A stretch of DNA of 64,000 nucleotides from Anthoceros angustus (lineage: Eukaryota; Plantae; Anthocerotophyta), in the NCBI GenBank assembly GCA_010909165.1, contig VJWM01000239.1:1-64000 (forward strand). Direction: 5' to 3'. Positions 27,861 to 37,637 of this stretch are shown here, piece by piece; the first letter of the stretch is position 1; each line of letters opens with the position of its first letter. The position numbers and the translations under genes are program-made. The notes below the pieces were generated by a model. That model did no database searches. It saw only the letters and a list, made by a program, of their open reading frames with translations, and was not told the origin of the DNA.

Positions 27861-28069
27861 CCCTGCTTAATTTTTGGGAAATTTTGTGAGCTTGAGTATG
27901 TGATCCATGTGGCCTTCTTCTTGTTCGGTGTTCACCTCATGGAATGGCTGTAATTTCATACGAGTTTGCTTCTTCTGTCAAAGTAGCACCGTCAATTTCT
28001 TGTATTCCAACCCCTTCATAACTATAGTTTCGCAAACAGTAGAACTATTTGCCTCTTCTGTCAAAGGCG

Positions 28070-28362
28070 AGAATGTCAAACAATAGGATCCCATCCTCTC
28101 TTGCCAAGTTCAAGTGCCAGGTAAACCACGAGCTTGTCAATGCCTCATCTCAAACCAACACCAACCTTGTCTACCAACCAACGAATGTCAAACAATAGGA
28201 TCCCATCCTCTCCTGCCAAGTTCACCAACACCAACCTTGTCCACCAACCAAGGAATGTCAAACAGTAGGATCCCATCCTCTCCTGCCAAGTTCAAGTGCC
28301 AGGTAAACCACGAGCTTGTCAATGCCTCATCTCAAACCAACACCAACCTTGTCCACCAACCA
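28070..28362. repeat. Imperfect tandem repeats (70-110-bp units)
   Basis: GAATGTCAAACAATAGGATCCCATCCTCTC...CCAACACCAACCTTGTC occurs three times. Confidence 0.8.
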
Positions 28363-28547
28363 ACCTCTGACCAGCCACGGAACCCATTGGTTTAAACATG
28401 ACATAACGGATAGATATTACGGAGTAGGAAAATATTGCGGGAGCCACTTTTATTGAATTGAATTAAATTATTTTTGAGAGCATCCACTCCTCCTTTATTC
28501 AAAGCTTTTCTATCTAGTTGGAAACCAGTGTGTTCCTCCTTCATATA

Positions 28548-28909
28548 TACCGTACCCCGAGGGGTGATTCAGCATTAATTAATTAAAATTAGTAAAAGTT
28601 GAAATTTTAGAAATGATTATACTTAAAATATTAAATATGTAAAGATTTATGAGTTTAAGATGCCGAAAATAAGGAAACTAGGGTTTATGTAGAAAATTAG
28701 GGTCTGTTTAGGGGAGGTCTATACATATCCATTAGTTATATATATATAAATATATATTTTAATAAATGTTGAAATTTTATAAAATTATTTTTCTTAAATT
28801 TTGAAAATTTTGAAAATTTTGAAAAATATAAATATCTTTGTTGAACCTTATTTTAAAAAAAATAATTATTTTGATATTATCCTGTTGAATTATCCCTTGG
28901 GATATGGTA
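28548..28909. mobile_element. MITE-like element with ~28-bp imperfect terminal inverted repeats in TA context
   Basis: TACCGTACCCCGAGGGGTGATTCAGCA versus reverse complement of TGTTGAATTATCCCTTGGGATATGGTA; AT-rich interior. Confidence 0.65.
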
Positions 28910-29354
28910 TATGTAAAACTTTTATAATACCTAATGAAAGATCTTTACTCTTTTTCTAAGTAATAGGTCTAAGTTCATGTAAGTCTACATACTGGGGAAG
29001 ATGTGACGAGTTTATGCTATGGCTTCTAAAGCGAAGTTACTACTATCTATCTACATACATATATAGATTGCAGCGTTTTTGTTTCTTTCCCAGTTTATTT
29101 TATATGTTTAAACAGCATGGAAGAATGGTGAATGAATTTAGTCACCTGTTTGTGGGTGGTCCTCTAAGAAGAAACGAGTTTGCTCCTGTCATGGATTTGG
29201 ACCTTCAGTCTCCATTGCTCTGTGGAATGCTCCCGTCCGCTGCTCCAGATGCAACTGTCCGGAACACTGGCCTCGTTGATGACTTTCAGGTTAGTCGCCA
29301 GCGACTGGTCTGCCCCTGTTGCATCCAGCGGGCCAGCGCGAGCTCCTGCGACCC

Positions 29355-32168
29355 ATGGCTGTCTGGAGGTTAGCAAGTATTCGGGGAAGAATTCCCGCTC
29401 ACCTGACTAGCAGAAAGCAACCGCTGGCCAATAGGGAAGCCGCAAGGTGCAGCACATCTGCAGGAAAGACAGCTCGTCCAAGAGGATATGTTGCTGGAGA
29501 CGGACCTTCGGGTGAGGGTAGCCGCCAGGACCTCTTGTGGCGACAATTCTCTCTGGACCCCACTCTCAAGAAGAAGTCCCGTTCGCCGGACTTCCGGCAC
29601 ACGGCTTCCCAGGAGGTCCTCCGGCTGAGCACCTTCTACAAACGACCTTGGATGGATGCCCAGTTGAGTGCTCTGGATATGCAGGATCGTAGCCGTAGCA
29701 GGCCTGCAGGATACGAAAGGGACGTTACGGCTGAAACCGTGAGCAAGCTATGTCACAAGGGGTTGCTCACGGAGGCAGTTGAGGCTTTGGAAATTCTCGT
29801 GAACACAGACTGCCGGATATCCAAATCTCTCTTTTATACGCTCCTAAGAAAATGCGTGGTTAAGAAGGATCTGCGTCTTGGGCGCCGTGTGCATTCTCTT
29901 GCTGTGAAGAGGGGGTACGAGTCGGACACGTTCCTGTGCAATCACATCCTGCGAATGTATGCTTCTCATGCCAGGTTGCAAGAGGCTATGGATGTGTTCA
30001 ATATGGTGGCCAAGCCTGATGCCTTCATGTGGTCTTCTATAATTTCTTCGCATGTCAAATATGGAAAAGATAAGCAGGCCATAGAACTATACCATCGGAT
30101 GCGCAGGTCAGGTGTGAAGCCAGATGCGCATGTGTTTGTAGCAGCGCTTCAGGCTTGTGCAAAGGGCACAGACCTGAAATCTGGGCAGCAAGTGCATGCT
30201 GATGTGCTGGCTAGTCGTATTGAGCCGAATATGTTTGTCTCCAGTTGTCTAGTAGACATGTATGCAAAGTGTGGGAGCCTGGAAGACGCCCAAAACGTTT
30301 TTGATGGGATTTCTCAGAAAGATGTGGTGACATGGAGTGCCTTGATAGCAGGATATTCCCAGCAGGGCATGGGGCAAGAAGCTCTTCGTCTTTACAGAGC
30401 TATGCAAGATGAGGGTGTCGTTGCACCCGATTCTGTTACATTTGTGTGCGTCCTGCAAGCCTGTGCAAGTGTTGGCAGCTCTGCTTTGGAACAGGGGAAG
30501 CAGATTCATGCTCAGATTGGAGAACAAGGACTTCAGGGCAATGTGGTAGTGTGTTGCAGCTTAATAGACATGTACGCAAAATGTGGCAGCTTGGAAGAAG
30601 CTCAAAAAGTGTTTGACGGACTAGGTAAAAAAGATGTAGTGACGTGGAATGCCATGATAGCAGGGTATTCACAGCAGGGCCAGGGCCAAGAATCCCTTGC
30701 TCTTTACAGGGCTATGCAAGAGGAAGGTGTGGCTGCACCTGATCCTGTGACATTTGTGTGCCTCCTGCAAGCGTGTGCAAGTGTAGGCCCCCATGCATTG
30801 GAGGAGGGAAGGCAGCTTCATGCACAAATCCGAGAACTAGGACATCAAGCTGAAGTGTTTGTGGCCAACAGTTTGGTAAACATGTACGCCAAGTGTGGAA
30901 GCTTGGAAGATGCTCAAGGGGTGTTTGATATACTAGGCCAAAAAACTGTGGTGACGTGGAATGCTTTGATTGCAGGGTATTCTCAGCAGGGCATGGGCCA
31001 GGAAGCCCTTCGTCTGTATGCTTGTATGCGAGAAGATGGCACTGCTGTGCCGACGTCTGTGACTTTTCTGTGCCTCCTGCAGGCTTGTGCAAGTGTGGGC
31101 ACCCTGGCTTTGGAGACGGGGAAGGAGATTCATGCACAGATCAGAAAACAAGGACTTCAAGCCGATGTTTCTGTAGCGAACAGTCTGGTCAACATGTATG
31201 CAAAGTGTGGCAGCCTTGAGGATGCTTGGGGTGTATTTGATGGACTTAGTGAAAAAAATGTGGTGACATGGACTGCTCTAATAGCAGGATATTCCCAGCA
31301 GGGCATGGGTCAGGAAGCTCTTCGTCTGTACCTTGCTATGCGAGAAGAAGGTCTTGTCGCACCAGATTCTGTGACGTTTGTATTTCTCTTGCAGGCATGT
31401 TCAAATGTGGCAGCTCTGCATCTGGGAAAGCAGCTGCATGCACAGATTAAAGAGCAGGGCCTTTTGGCTGATGTGTTTTTAGCCAGCAGTTTGATAAACA
31501 TGTATTCAAAGTCGGGGAGCATGGTTGATGCGCAAGAGGTCTTTGATGCATTGCCCAACAGAGACACTGTCACCTGGAGTGCACTGATTGCTGGATACTC
31601 CTCTCAAGGGCACAGTGAAAAGGTCTTTGACCTGGTTCAGAGAATGAGAGAGGATGGGATCCAGCCAGACAGCATCACGTACCTTAGTGTATTAACAGTA
31701 TGCAGCCATAGAGGCCTCGTTAACCAGGGGCAGGAGTACTTCCAGGCTATGAGCAGATGCCCTGGCATAAGTGCCACAGTGGAGCACTATACTTGCATGG
31801 TGGATCTCCTGGGTCGTGCAGGTCACATGGATGACGCACTAGCACTGGTAAGATCAATGCCTCTACAGGCTGATGCAGCAGTTTGGAGTGCTCTGTTGGG
31901 CGCTTGCCAAAAGTGGAGTAATGTGGAGTTGGGACGTCGTGCATTTGATGAAGCAGTGAAGCTGGACAAGAAGGATGCTGCAGCATACGTGTTGATGTCG
32001 AACATATATGCGGGTGCCGAAATGTGGGAGCAAGCCCGAGACATGCAGGTAAGGAGAAAAGAAAATGGAGCATGGAAGCAGCCAGGGCAGAGCTGGTGGA
32101 CAGACATGGGTGGACGGGTCCATAGTTTCTTGGTTAGGCCAGGCCAAGCTGGGCCTGTCCGGGAGTGA
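29355..32168 (+). CDS. PLS-class PPR protein (20 repeats, E1-E2, WW-type PG box, no DYW), 'PPR1'
   Basis: Intronless ORF: L-S-(PLS)5-P2L2S2-E1-E2, then KQPGQSWWTDMGGRVHSF; start at the conserved MAVW. Confidence 0.93.
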   Translation: MAVWRLASIRGRIPAHLTSRKQPLANREAARCSTSAGKTARPRGYVAGDGPSGEGSRQDLLWRQFSLDPTLKKKSRSPDFRHTASQEVLRLSTFYKRPWMDAQLSALDMQDRSRSRPAGYERDVTAETVSKLCHKGLLTEAVEALEILVNTDCRISKSLFYTLLRKCVVKKDLRLGRRVHSLAVKRGYESDTFLCNHILRMYASHARLQEAMDVFNMVAKPDAFMWSSIISSHVKYGKDKQAIELYHRMRRSGVKPDAHVFVAALQACAKGTDLKSGQQVHADVLASRIEPNMFVSSCLVDMYAKCGSLEDAQNVFDGISQKDVVTWSALIAGYSQQGMGQEALRLYRAMQDEGVVAPDSVTFVCVLQACASVGSSALEQGKQIHAQIGEQGLQGNVVVCCSLIDMYAKCGSLEEAQKVFDGLGKKDVVTWNAMIAGYSQQGQGQESLALYRAMQEEGVAAPDPVTFVCLLQACASVGPHALEEGRQLHAQIRELGHQAEVFVANSLVNMYAKCGSLEDAQGVFDILGQKTVVTWNALIAGYSQQGMGQEALRLYACMREDGTAVPTSVTFLCLLQACASVGTLALETGKEIHAQIRKQGLQADVSVANSLVNMYAKCGSLEDAWGVFDGLSEKNVVTWTALIAGYSQQGMGQEALRLYLAMREEGLVAPDSVTFVFLLQACSNVAALHLGKQLHAQIKEQGLLADVFLASSLINMYSKSGSMVDAQEVFDALPNRDTVTWSALIAGYSSQGHSEKVFDLVQRMREDGIQPDSITYLSVLTVCSHRGLVNQGQEYFQAMSRCPGISATVEHYTCMVDLLGRAGHMDDALALVRSMPLQADAAVWSALLGACQKWSNVELGRRAFDEAVKLDKKDAAAYVLMSNIYAGAEMWEQARDMQVRRKENGAWKQPGQSWWTDMGGRVHSFLVRPGQAGPVRE

Positions 32169-32239
32169 AGCAAGGCTGACACTGTGTCCTTGCGAACTGG
32201 AGAATGACTGATGTGGATTAGTCACCTTCACGCTGCTGC

Positions 32240-33200
32240 GGATGAGGTCACTGCCTACCTGATTTCTCCTTTGGAGATCCACCCGAGGGCATCACAATCC
32301 AATTCGCGTTCATTGAGCCGGCTCCATTGCTGAACAGATCGGTTGTTCGAGCCAGTTGACACATGATACTGGTCATGTTAGAGGAGAAGCGGGACTCCTT
32401 GGTGCTGGTGTTACCTCTAGTTAGGTCTGCTGCTCCAGACATGGCGAAGCACATGTTCCCTGCAACTTGGTGGGTAAGTCCATCCATCCCGTGATCCAAA
32501 ACTTTGCACCTGGTTTGCAGCCCAGACATCTGTTTGATATGTATTCTAAGTCAGGGAGCATGTTCGATGCACTCAGTTTTTTGATGCAATATCTGCAAAA
32601 CACGCAGTCTTCTGGAATGCTCCTGGATTGCCGGATACACCTGTCAAGGAGACACTGACAAGGTCTTCAACTTGATTCAGAACATCTGATAGAATGGCAA
32701 ACAGCCAATCGGGTCCTCATTTACCAGTGTATTAACAGTATGCAGTCACATTGGTCTTGTGAACAGGCGCAAGAATACTTTGAAGCTATGAGATAACTTG
32801 CATCAGCCCCATGGTGGAACACTACATATGCGTGGTGGAACTCTTGGGTCGTGGAGTTAACAACCTTCCCTGAGTGCGGCACGGCTCAATGAGCCGAATG
32901 AAGAGAAAAGCACATGTGCTACGTCTGGATATCTCTGCTGATGAAGTGGAAGACCTTTCGTGTGTATGCAAGTCCCTGGAGTACGCAGGTAACAGGGTAC
33001 TTTGATGTAACCTGGACTTGCACTTGTAACCTGGAGTGCACTTGCTGCCCAGTTTTCAGGTCTCCATGCTTCGGGACTACCTGGGCCATCAACACTGTTT
33101 GGTATACCCCCAGACAGGATACTCGCAGCTTACGGAGCTTGATAATCTCAGCAAGTGGACTGATCACGCCACATTGCATCTTTCGTTTGTTCCATCATCA
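32240..33200. pseudogene. Scrambled PPR gene fragments in both orientations
   Basis: Forward S-P2-L2-S2-like remnant 32520-32855 (MYSKSGSMFDA, VCSHIGL, EHYICVVELLGR); minus-strand KHGDLKTGQQVHS near 33040-33080. Confidence 0.75.
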
Positions 33201-33564
33201 TTGAACAATTCACAGCTCGTGTCCTTCATGCAAGGACAACGTCTTCCTGGTCTCCGATTCCACGGGCAAGCTTCGTGGCTCGGCAGGTCCCGAAACTGGT
33301 GCTAGTGACAAGCTGGGAAGTAGTCTGCACTGCCTGAGCTTGGTGGTTGAAGGTTCGCTGCAGTTCGGCATTCGCCCATTCTGGAATCAGACGTGCCGCC
33401 CGTCGATGCCATTGCCCCTGGAAATCCTGCTCGTTGTTCCGTTTCCCAACCTCAGGGCTGGTTGGTCATCTTGGTTATGGCAGTGTCCATCTTGTGCTGT
33501 ATACAGTTGTCGTGCTGCCCAGCGACAGGTGGGTGTCACAGGTTGAGCTCGTGCTCCTACAAAC

Positions 33565-36500
33565 ATGGCTGTCTTGAGCGTGGCAGTCGAGTCACTCATC
33601 ATAGGGCAACAGGATCCGTTAGGGGGACTGCTTCCGTGGAGCCAACAAGGTGATGCCTTAACATGGGTTCTAGGAAGCGCTGCGAAGCCAGCCCGTCCAA
33701 GAGTATGTCTGGTTGCCAATGCACCGTCCGGCGAAGGTCATCGCCCAGAGGTCTGGTGGCGTCAATATTTCTCGGACTCCACACTGCGATGCGATATCAG
33801 GGAGCATACGGAATTGGCTTGGGTGGATGGTCTGGATATGCAGCTGGGTCGTCGTGCAGGATACGAGGGGGCCGTATCAGCTGAAACTCTGGGCAATCTA
33901 TGTCAGCAGGGGAAGCTCACTGAGGCCGTTGAGGCTCTGGGAGTTCTGGTGCGGACAGGCTCTCATATTTCCCAATCTGTCTTTTATACGGTCCTGAAAC
34001 AATGTATGACTAGGAAGGATCTGCCTTTGGGTCGCCGAGTTCATGCTCTAAGCCTGAAGAAGGGGCATGAGTCGGACACGTTCTTGTGCAACCACATTCT
34101 TCGAATGTATGCTTCTCATGCCAAATTGCAAGAAGCCATGGATGTGTTCAACATGGTCGCCAGACCAGATGCTTTCACGTGGTCTGCCATAATTTCTGCA
34201 CATGTTGAACAGGGACAAGGTAAGCAAGCCATAGAACTGTATCACAGGATGCGCAAGTCAAGTGTGAAGGCAGATGGCCATGTATTTGTGGCAGCCCTTC
34301 AGGCCTGTGCCAAGCATGGAGACCTGACAACTGGGCAGCAAGTGCACTCTGATTTGCTGGCCACTGGAGTTGAGCCTCATTTGGTTGTTTGGAACTGTTT
34401 GGTAGACATGTATGCAAAGTGTGGCAGCTTGGTAGACGCTCAGAAAGTGTTTGACTGTCTCGGTGAAAAAGATGTGGTAACGTGGAATGCCTTGATAGCA
34501 GGGTATTCCCGGCAGGGCATGGGCGAGGAAGCGCTTGATCTTTACAGGGCTATGCAAGGAGGAGGCATGGCTGTGCCTGATTCTGTGACATTTGCGTGCC
34601 TCCTGCAGGCATGTGCGAGTGTTGGCACCCTGGGTTTGGAGAAAGGGCAGGAGCTTCATGCACAAATTAGAGAACGAGGACTTCAGGCTAATGTATTTGT
34701 AGGCAGCAGTTTGGTAAATATGTATGCAAAGTGTGGCAGCCTAGAGGATGCTCGGGTTGTGTTTGATGGGCTGGGTCAAAAAAATGTGGTGACCTGGAGT
34801 GCCATGATAGCAGGTTATTCCCAGCAGGGTTTGGGGCTTGAGGCCCTTCGTCTCTACAAGGCTATGGAAGGAGAAGGTAGGATTGCACCAAATTCCGTCA
34901 CATTTGTTGGCCTCCTTCAGGCATGTGGAAGTGTGGGAGCCCTGGCTTTGGAAACAGGAAAGGAGTTTCATGCACAAATCAGAGAGCAAGGACTTGAGGT
35001 GGATGTGTGTGTAGCCAGCAGTTTGGTGGACATGTATGCAAAATGTGGCAGCATAGAGGATGCTCGCGTAATGTTTGACAAACTTCCCAAGAAAGGAATC
35101 GTGACGTGGAATGCCATGATAGCAGGATATTCCCAGAAGGGTTTGGGCCAGGAAGCTCTTTGGCTTTTCAGGACCATGGCTAATGAAGGCATGGCAGTCC
35201 CCAATTCTGTGACGTTTGTGTGTCTCCTGCAGGCATGTGCAAGTATGGGAACTGCAGCTTGGGAGACGGGTAAGCAGCTGCATGCACAAATCAGGGAACA
35301 AGGACTTCAGACTGATGTGCTTGTAGTGAGCAGCTTACTAAACATGTATGCTAAGTGTGGCAGCTTAGAAGCAGCACTTCATCTTTACGGTGCTCTGCAA
35401 GACGAAGGGACTGCTATACCTGCTTCTGTGGCATTTCCGTGCCTCTTGCAGGCATGTGCAACTGTCGGTACCCCAGCTTTAGAGAAGGGGAGGCATCTTC
35501 ATGCACAACTTAGAAAGCTAGGGCATCAAGCTGATGTGTTTGTAGACAACAGTTTGATACACATGTATGCAAAGTGTGGCAGCTTGCAAGATGCTCAAAG
35601 AGTGTTTGATGGACTTGATTTGAAGGATGTGGTGACTTGGACTACTCTGATAGCAGGGTACTCCCAGCAGGGGATGGGCCAGGAAGCCCTTCATCTCTAC
35701 AGTGCTATGGAAGAAGGAGGCATGGCTGGACTGGATTCTGTGACATTTGTGTGCCTCCTGCAGGCTTGTGTAAGCGTGGGCTCACTGGCTTTGGAGAAGG
35801 GGAAGCAGCTGCATGCACAAATTAGAGAACGTGGACTTCAGACTGATGTGGTTGTAGCCAGCAGTTTGGTAAATATGTATGCCAAGTGTGGCAGCCTCAA
35901 GGATGCTCGGGGCGTGTTTGATATTCTCCTTGAGAAGAATGTAGTTACATGGACCGCTCTAATAGCAGGATATTCCCAGCAGGGCCTGAATCAGGAAGCC
36001 ATTCGATTGTACCTTGCCATGCAAGCAGAAGGCATCGTCACGCCCGATTCTGTGACATTTGTGTGCCTCCTGCAGGCATGTGCAAATGTGGCTGCTTTGC
36101 ATTTGGGAAGGCAGATCCATGCAGAGATTAAAGAACAAGGGCTTGAACTTGATTTGTCTGTAGCCAGCAGTTTGATAAACATGTACTCAAAGTCGGGAAG
36201 CATGGTTGATGCACAGCAGGTGTTTGATGCATTGCCTCAAAGAGACGTTGTCATTTGGAGTGCACTGATTGCTGGATACACCTGCCAAGGACACAGTGAA
36301 AAGGTCTTTGACTTGTTTCAGCTTATGACCGAGGATGGCATACAGCCAGACAGCATCACGTTCCTCAGTGTACTAACAGTATGCAGTCATACAGGTCTAC
36401 TGGAAAAAGGGCAAGAATACTTTGAGGCGATGACCAGACACTATGGCATCACGCCCACAGCGGAGCACTACACGTGCATGGTCGATCTTCTGGGTCGTCG

Positions 36501-36825
36501 AGGCCGACTGGATGAATCATTGGCTTTGGTAAGGTCGGTGCCTGTAGTGCCCAATGCGCCAGTCTGGCACACTCTATTGGGTGCTTGTCGAACGTGGAGC
36601 AATGTGGAGGTGGGAATCTTTGCGTTTGACGAGGCATTGAAGCTGGACAAGAATGATGCCGCCGCATTTGTGTTGATGTCGAGCATATATGCAGGTGCTG
36701 AAATGTGGGAGCAGGCACGGAAGATGCAGGCAAGGAGAAAAGGAATTAGGGCATGGAAACAACCTGGGCAGAGCTGGTGGACAGACATGGACGGACTGGT
36801 GCATAGCTTTTGTTGTTGTGGATAG
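33565..36825 (+). CDS. PLS-class PPR protein (~25 repeats, E1-E2, WW-type PG box, no DYW), 'PPR2'
   Basis: 1086-aa intronless ORF of PLS triplets ending KQPGQSWWTDMDGLVHSF. Confidence 0.93.
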   Translation: MAVLSVAVESLIIGQQDPLGGLLPWSQQGDALTWVLGSAAKPARPRVCLVANAPSGEGHRPEVWWRQYFSDSTLRCDIREHTELAWVDGLDMQLGRRAGYEGAVSAETLGNLCQQGKLTEAVEALGVLVRTGSHISQSVFYTVLKQCMTRKDLPLGRRVHALSLKKGHESDTFLCNHILRMYASHAKLQEAMDVFNMVARPDAFTWSAIISAHVEQGQGKQAIELYHRMRKSSVKADGHVFVAALQACAKHGDLTTGQQVHSDLLATGVEPHLVVWNCLVDMYAKCGSLVDAQKVFDCLGEKDVVTWNALIAGYSRQGMGEEALDLYRAMQGGGMAVPDSVTFACLLQACASVGTLGLEKGQELHAQIRERGLQANVFVGSSLVNMYAKCGSLEDARVVFDGLGQKNVVTWSAMIAGYSQQGLGLEALRLYKAMEGEGRIAPNSVTFVGLLQACGSVGALALETGKEFHAQIREQGLEVDVCVASSLVDMYAKCGSIEDARVMFDKLPKKGIVTWNAMIAGYSQKGLGQEALWLFRTMANEGMAVPNSVTFVCLLQACASMGTAAWETGKQLHAQIREQGLQTDVLVVSSLLNMYAKCGSLEAALHLYGALQDEGTAIPASVAFPCLLQACATVGTPALEKGRHLHAQLRKLGHQADVFVDNSLIHMYAKCGSLQDAQRVFDGLDLKDVVTWTTLIAGYSQQGMGQEALHLYSAMEEGGMAGLDSVTFVCLLQACVSVGSLALEKGKQLHAQIRERGLQTDVVVASSLVNMYAKCGSLKDARGVFDILLEKNVVTWTALIAGYSQQGLNQEAIRLYLAMQAEGIVTPDSVTFVCLLQACANVAALHLGRQIHAEIKEQGLELDLSVASSLINMYSKSGSMVDAQQVFDALPQRDVVIWSALIAGYTCQGHSEKVFDLFQLMTEDGIQPDSITFLSVLTVCSHTGLLEKGQEYFEAMTRHYGITPTAEHYTCMVDLLGRRGRLDESLALVRSVPVVPNAPVWHTLLGACRTWSNVEVGIFAFDEALKLDKNDAAAFVLMSSIYAGAEMWEQARKMQARRKGIRAWKQPGQSWWTDMDGLVHSFCCCG

Positions 36826-36856
36826 GAACGTGTCCGACTCGTACCCCTTCTTCACT

Positions 36857-37276
36857 GGGAGTATCCTGCTATCATGGCACTCCATGTCACCACATCCTTT
36901 TCGTCTCCAAGTCTGTCAAACACTCTTTGAGCATCTTCCAAGCTGCCACATGTTGCATGCTACCAAGCAACTCCAAACAACCAATGCAGATGTAGGCTCA
37001 ACGTCACCAGCGAAAACATCAGCACATATCTGTTGACCAAATTTCAAGTCTGCCCCCGTGCACAAGGCATCAGGCTTAACATTTGCCCTGCACATCTGAT
37101 GATAAAGTCCAATAGCCAGCTTATCCTGTGCGTGATTGACATAGGCCAAGATTATAGCAGACCTTGTGAAGGCATCTGGTTTGGCAACCTTATCGAACAC
37201 ATTTATAACTTCTTGCCGCCCCCGCACGAGACAGAATACATTTGAAGGTTCTGATTGCAAAGGAACGCGTCCGACT
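36857..37276 (-). pseudogene. Inverted partial copy of the PPR3 5' coding region
   Basis: Reverse complement matches 37933-38376 (VFDKVAKPDAFT.SAIILA, QDKLAI, GSLEDAQRVFD.LGD.KD). Confidence 0.9.
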
Positions 37277-37637
37277 GGTAATCGTCGTCGTTGTTCTGCC
37301 CCGGCCAAGGAATGCCATGGCCATTTGGAGCACGGAAACCGGACCGGTTGTGGGGACACTGCTTTTGCACTCGACAAAGTGGTGGGTGCATAGGAAGGAG
37401 ATCCTGCCCACCTCACTCCGAGGCACCAATTGTTGGCAAACAAAGAGGTCGCATCTTTGCAAGACAACCAGCCCGTGTAAGATGATATCTGGCTGGAGAC
37501 GGATCTTGCGGACAGTTTCCTCTGGACCCATGAACATGAGAAGAGCTCGGGGAGCTCTCGTTTGCCAGACTTCGGGCATAGGGAGTCCGACAAGGAGGTC
37601 CTCGGGATAAACATCTTGTGCAAGCCATCTTAGGTGG

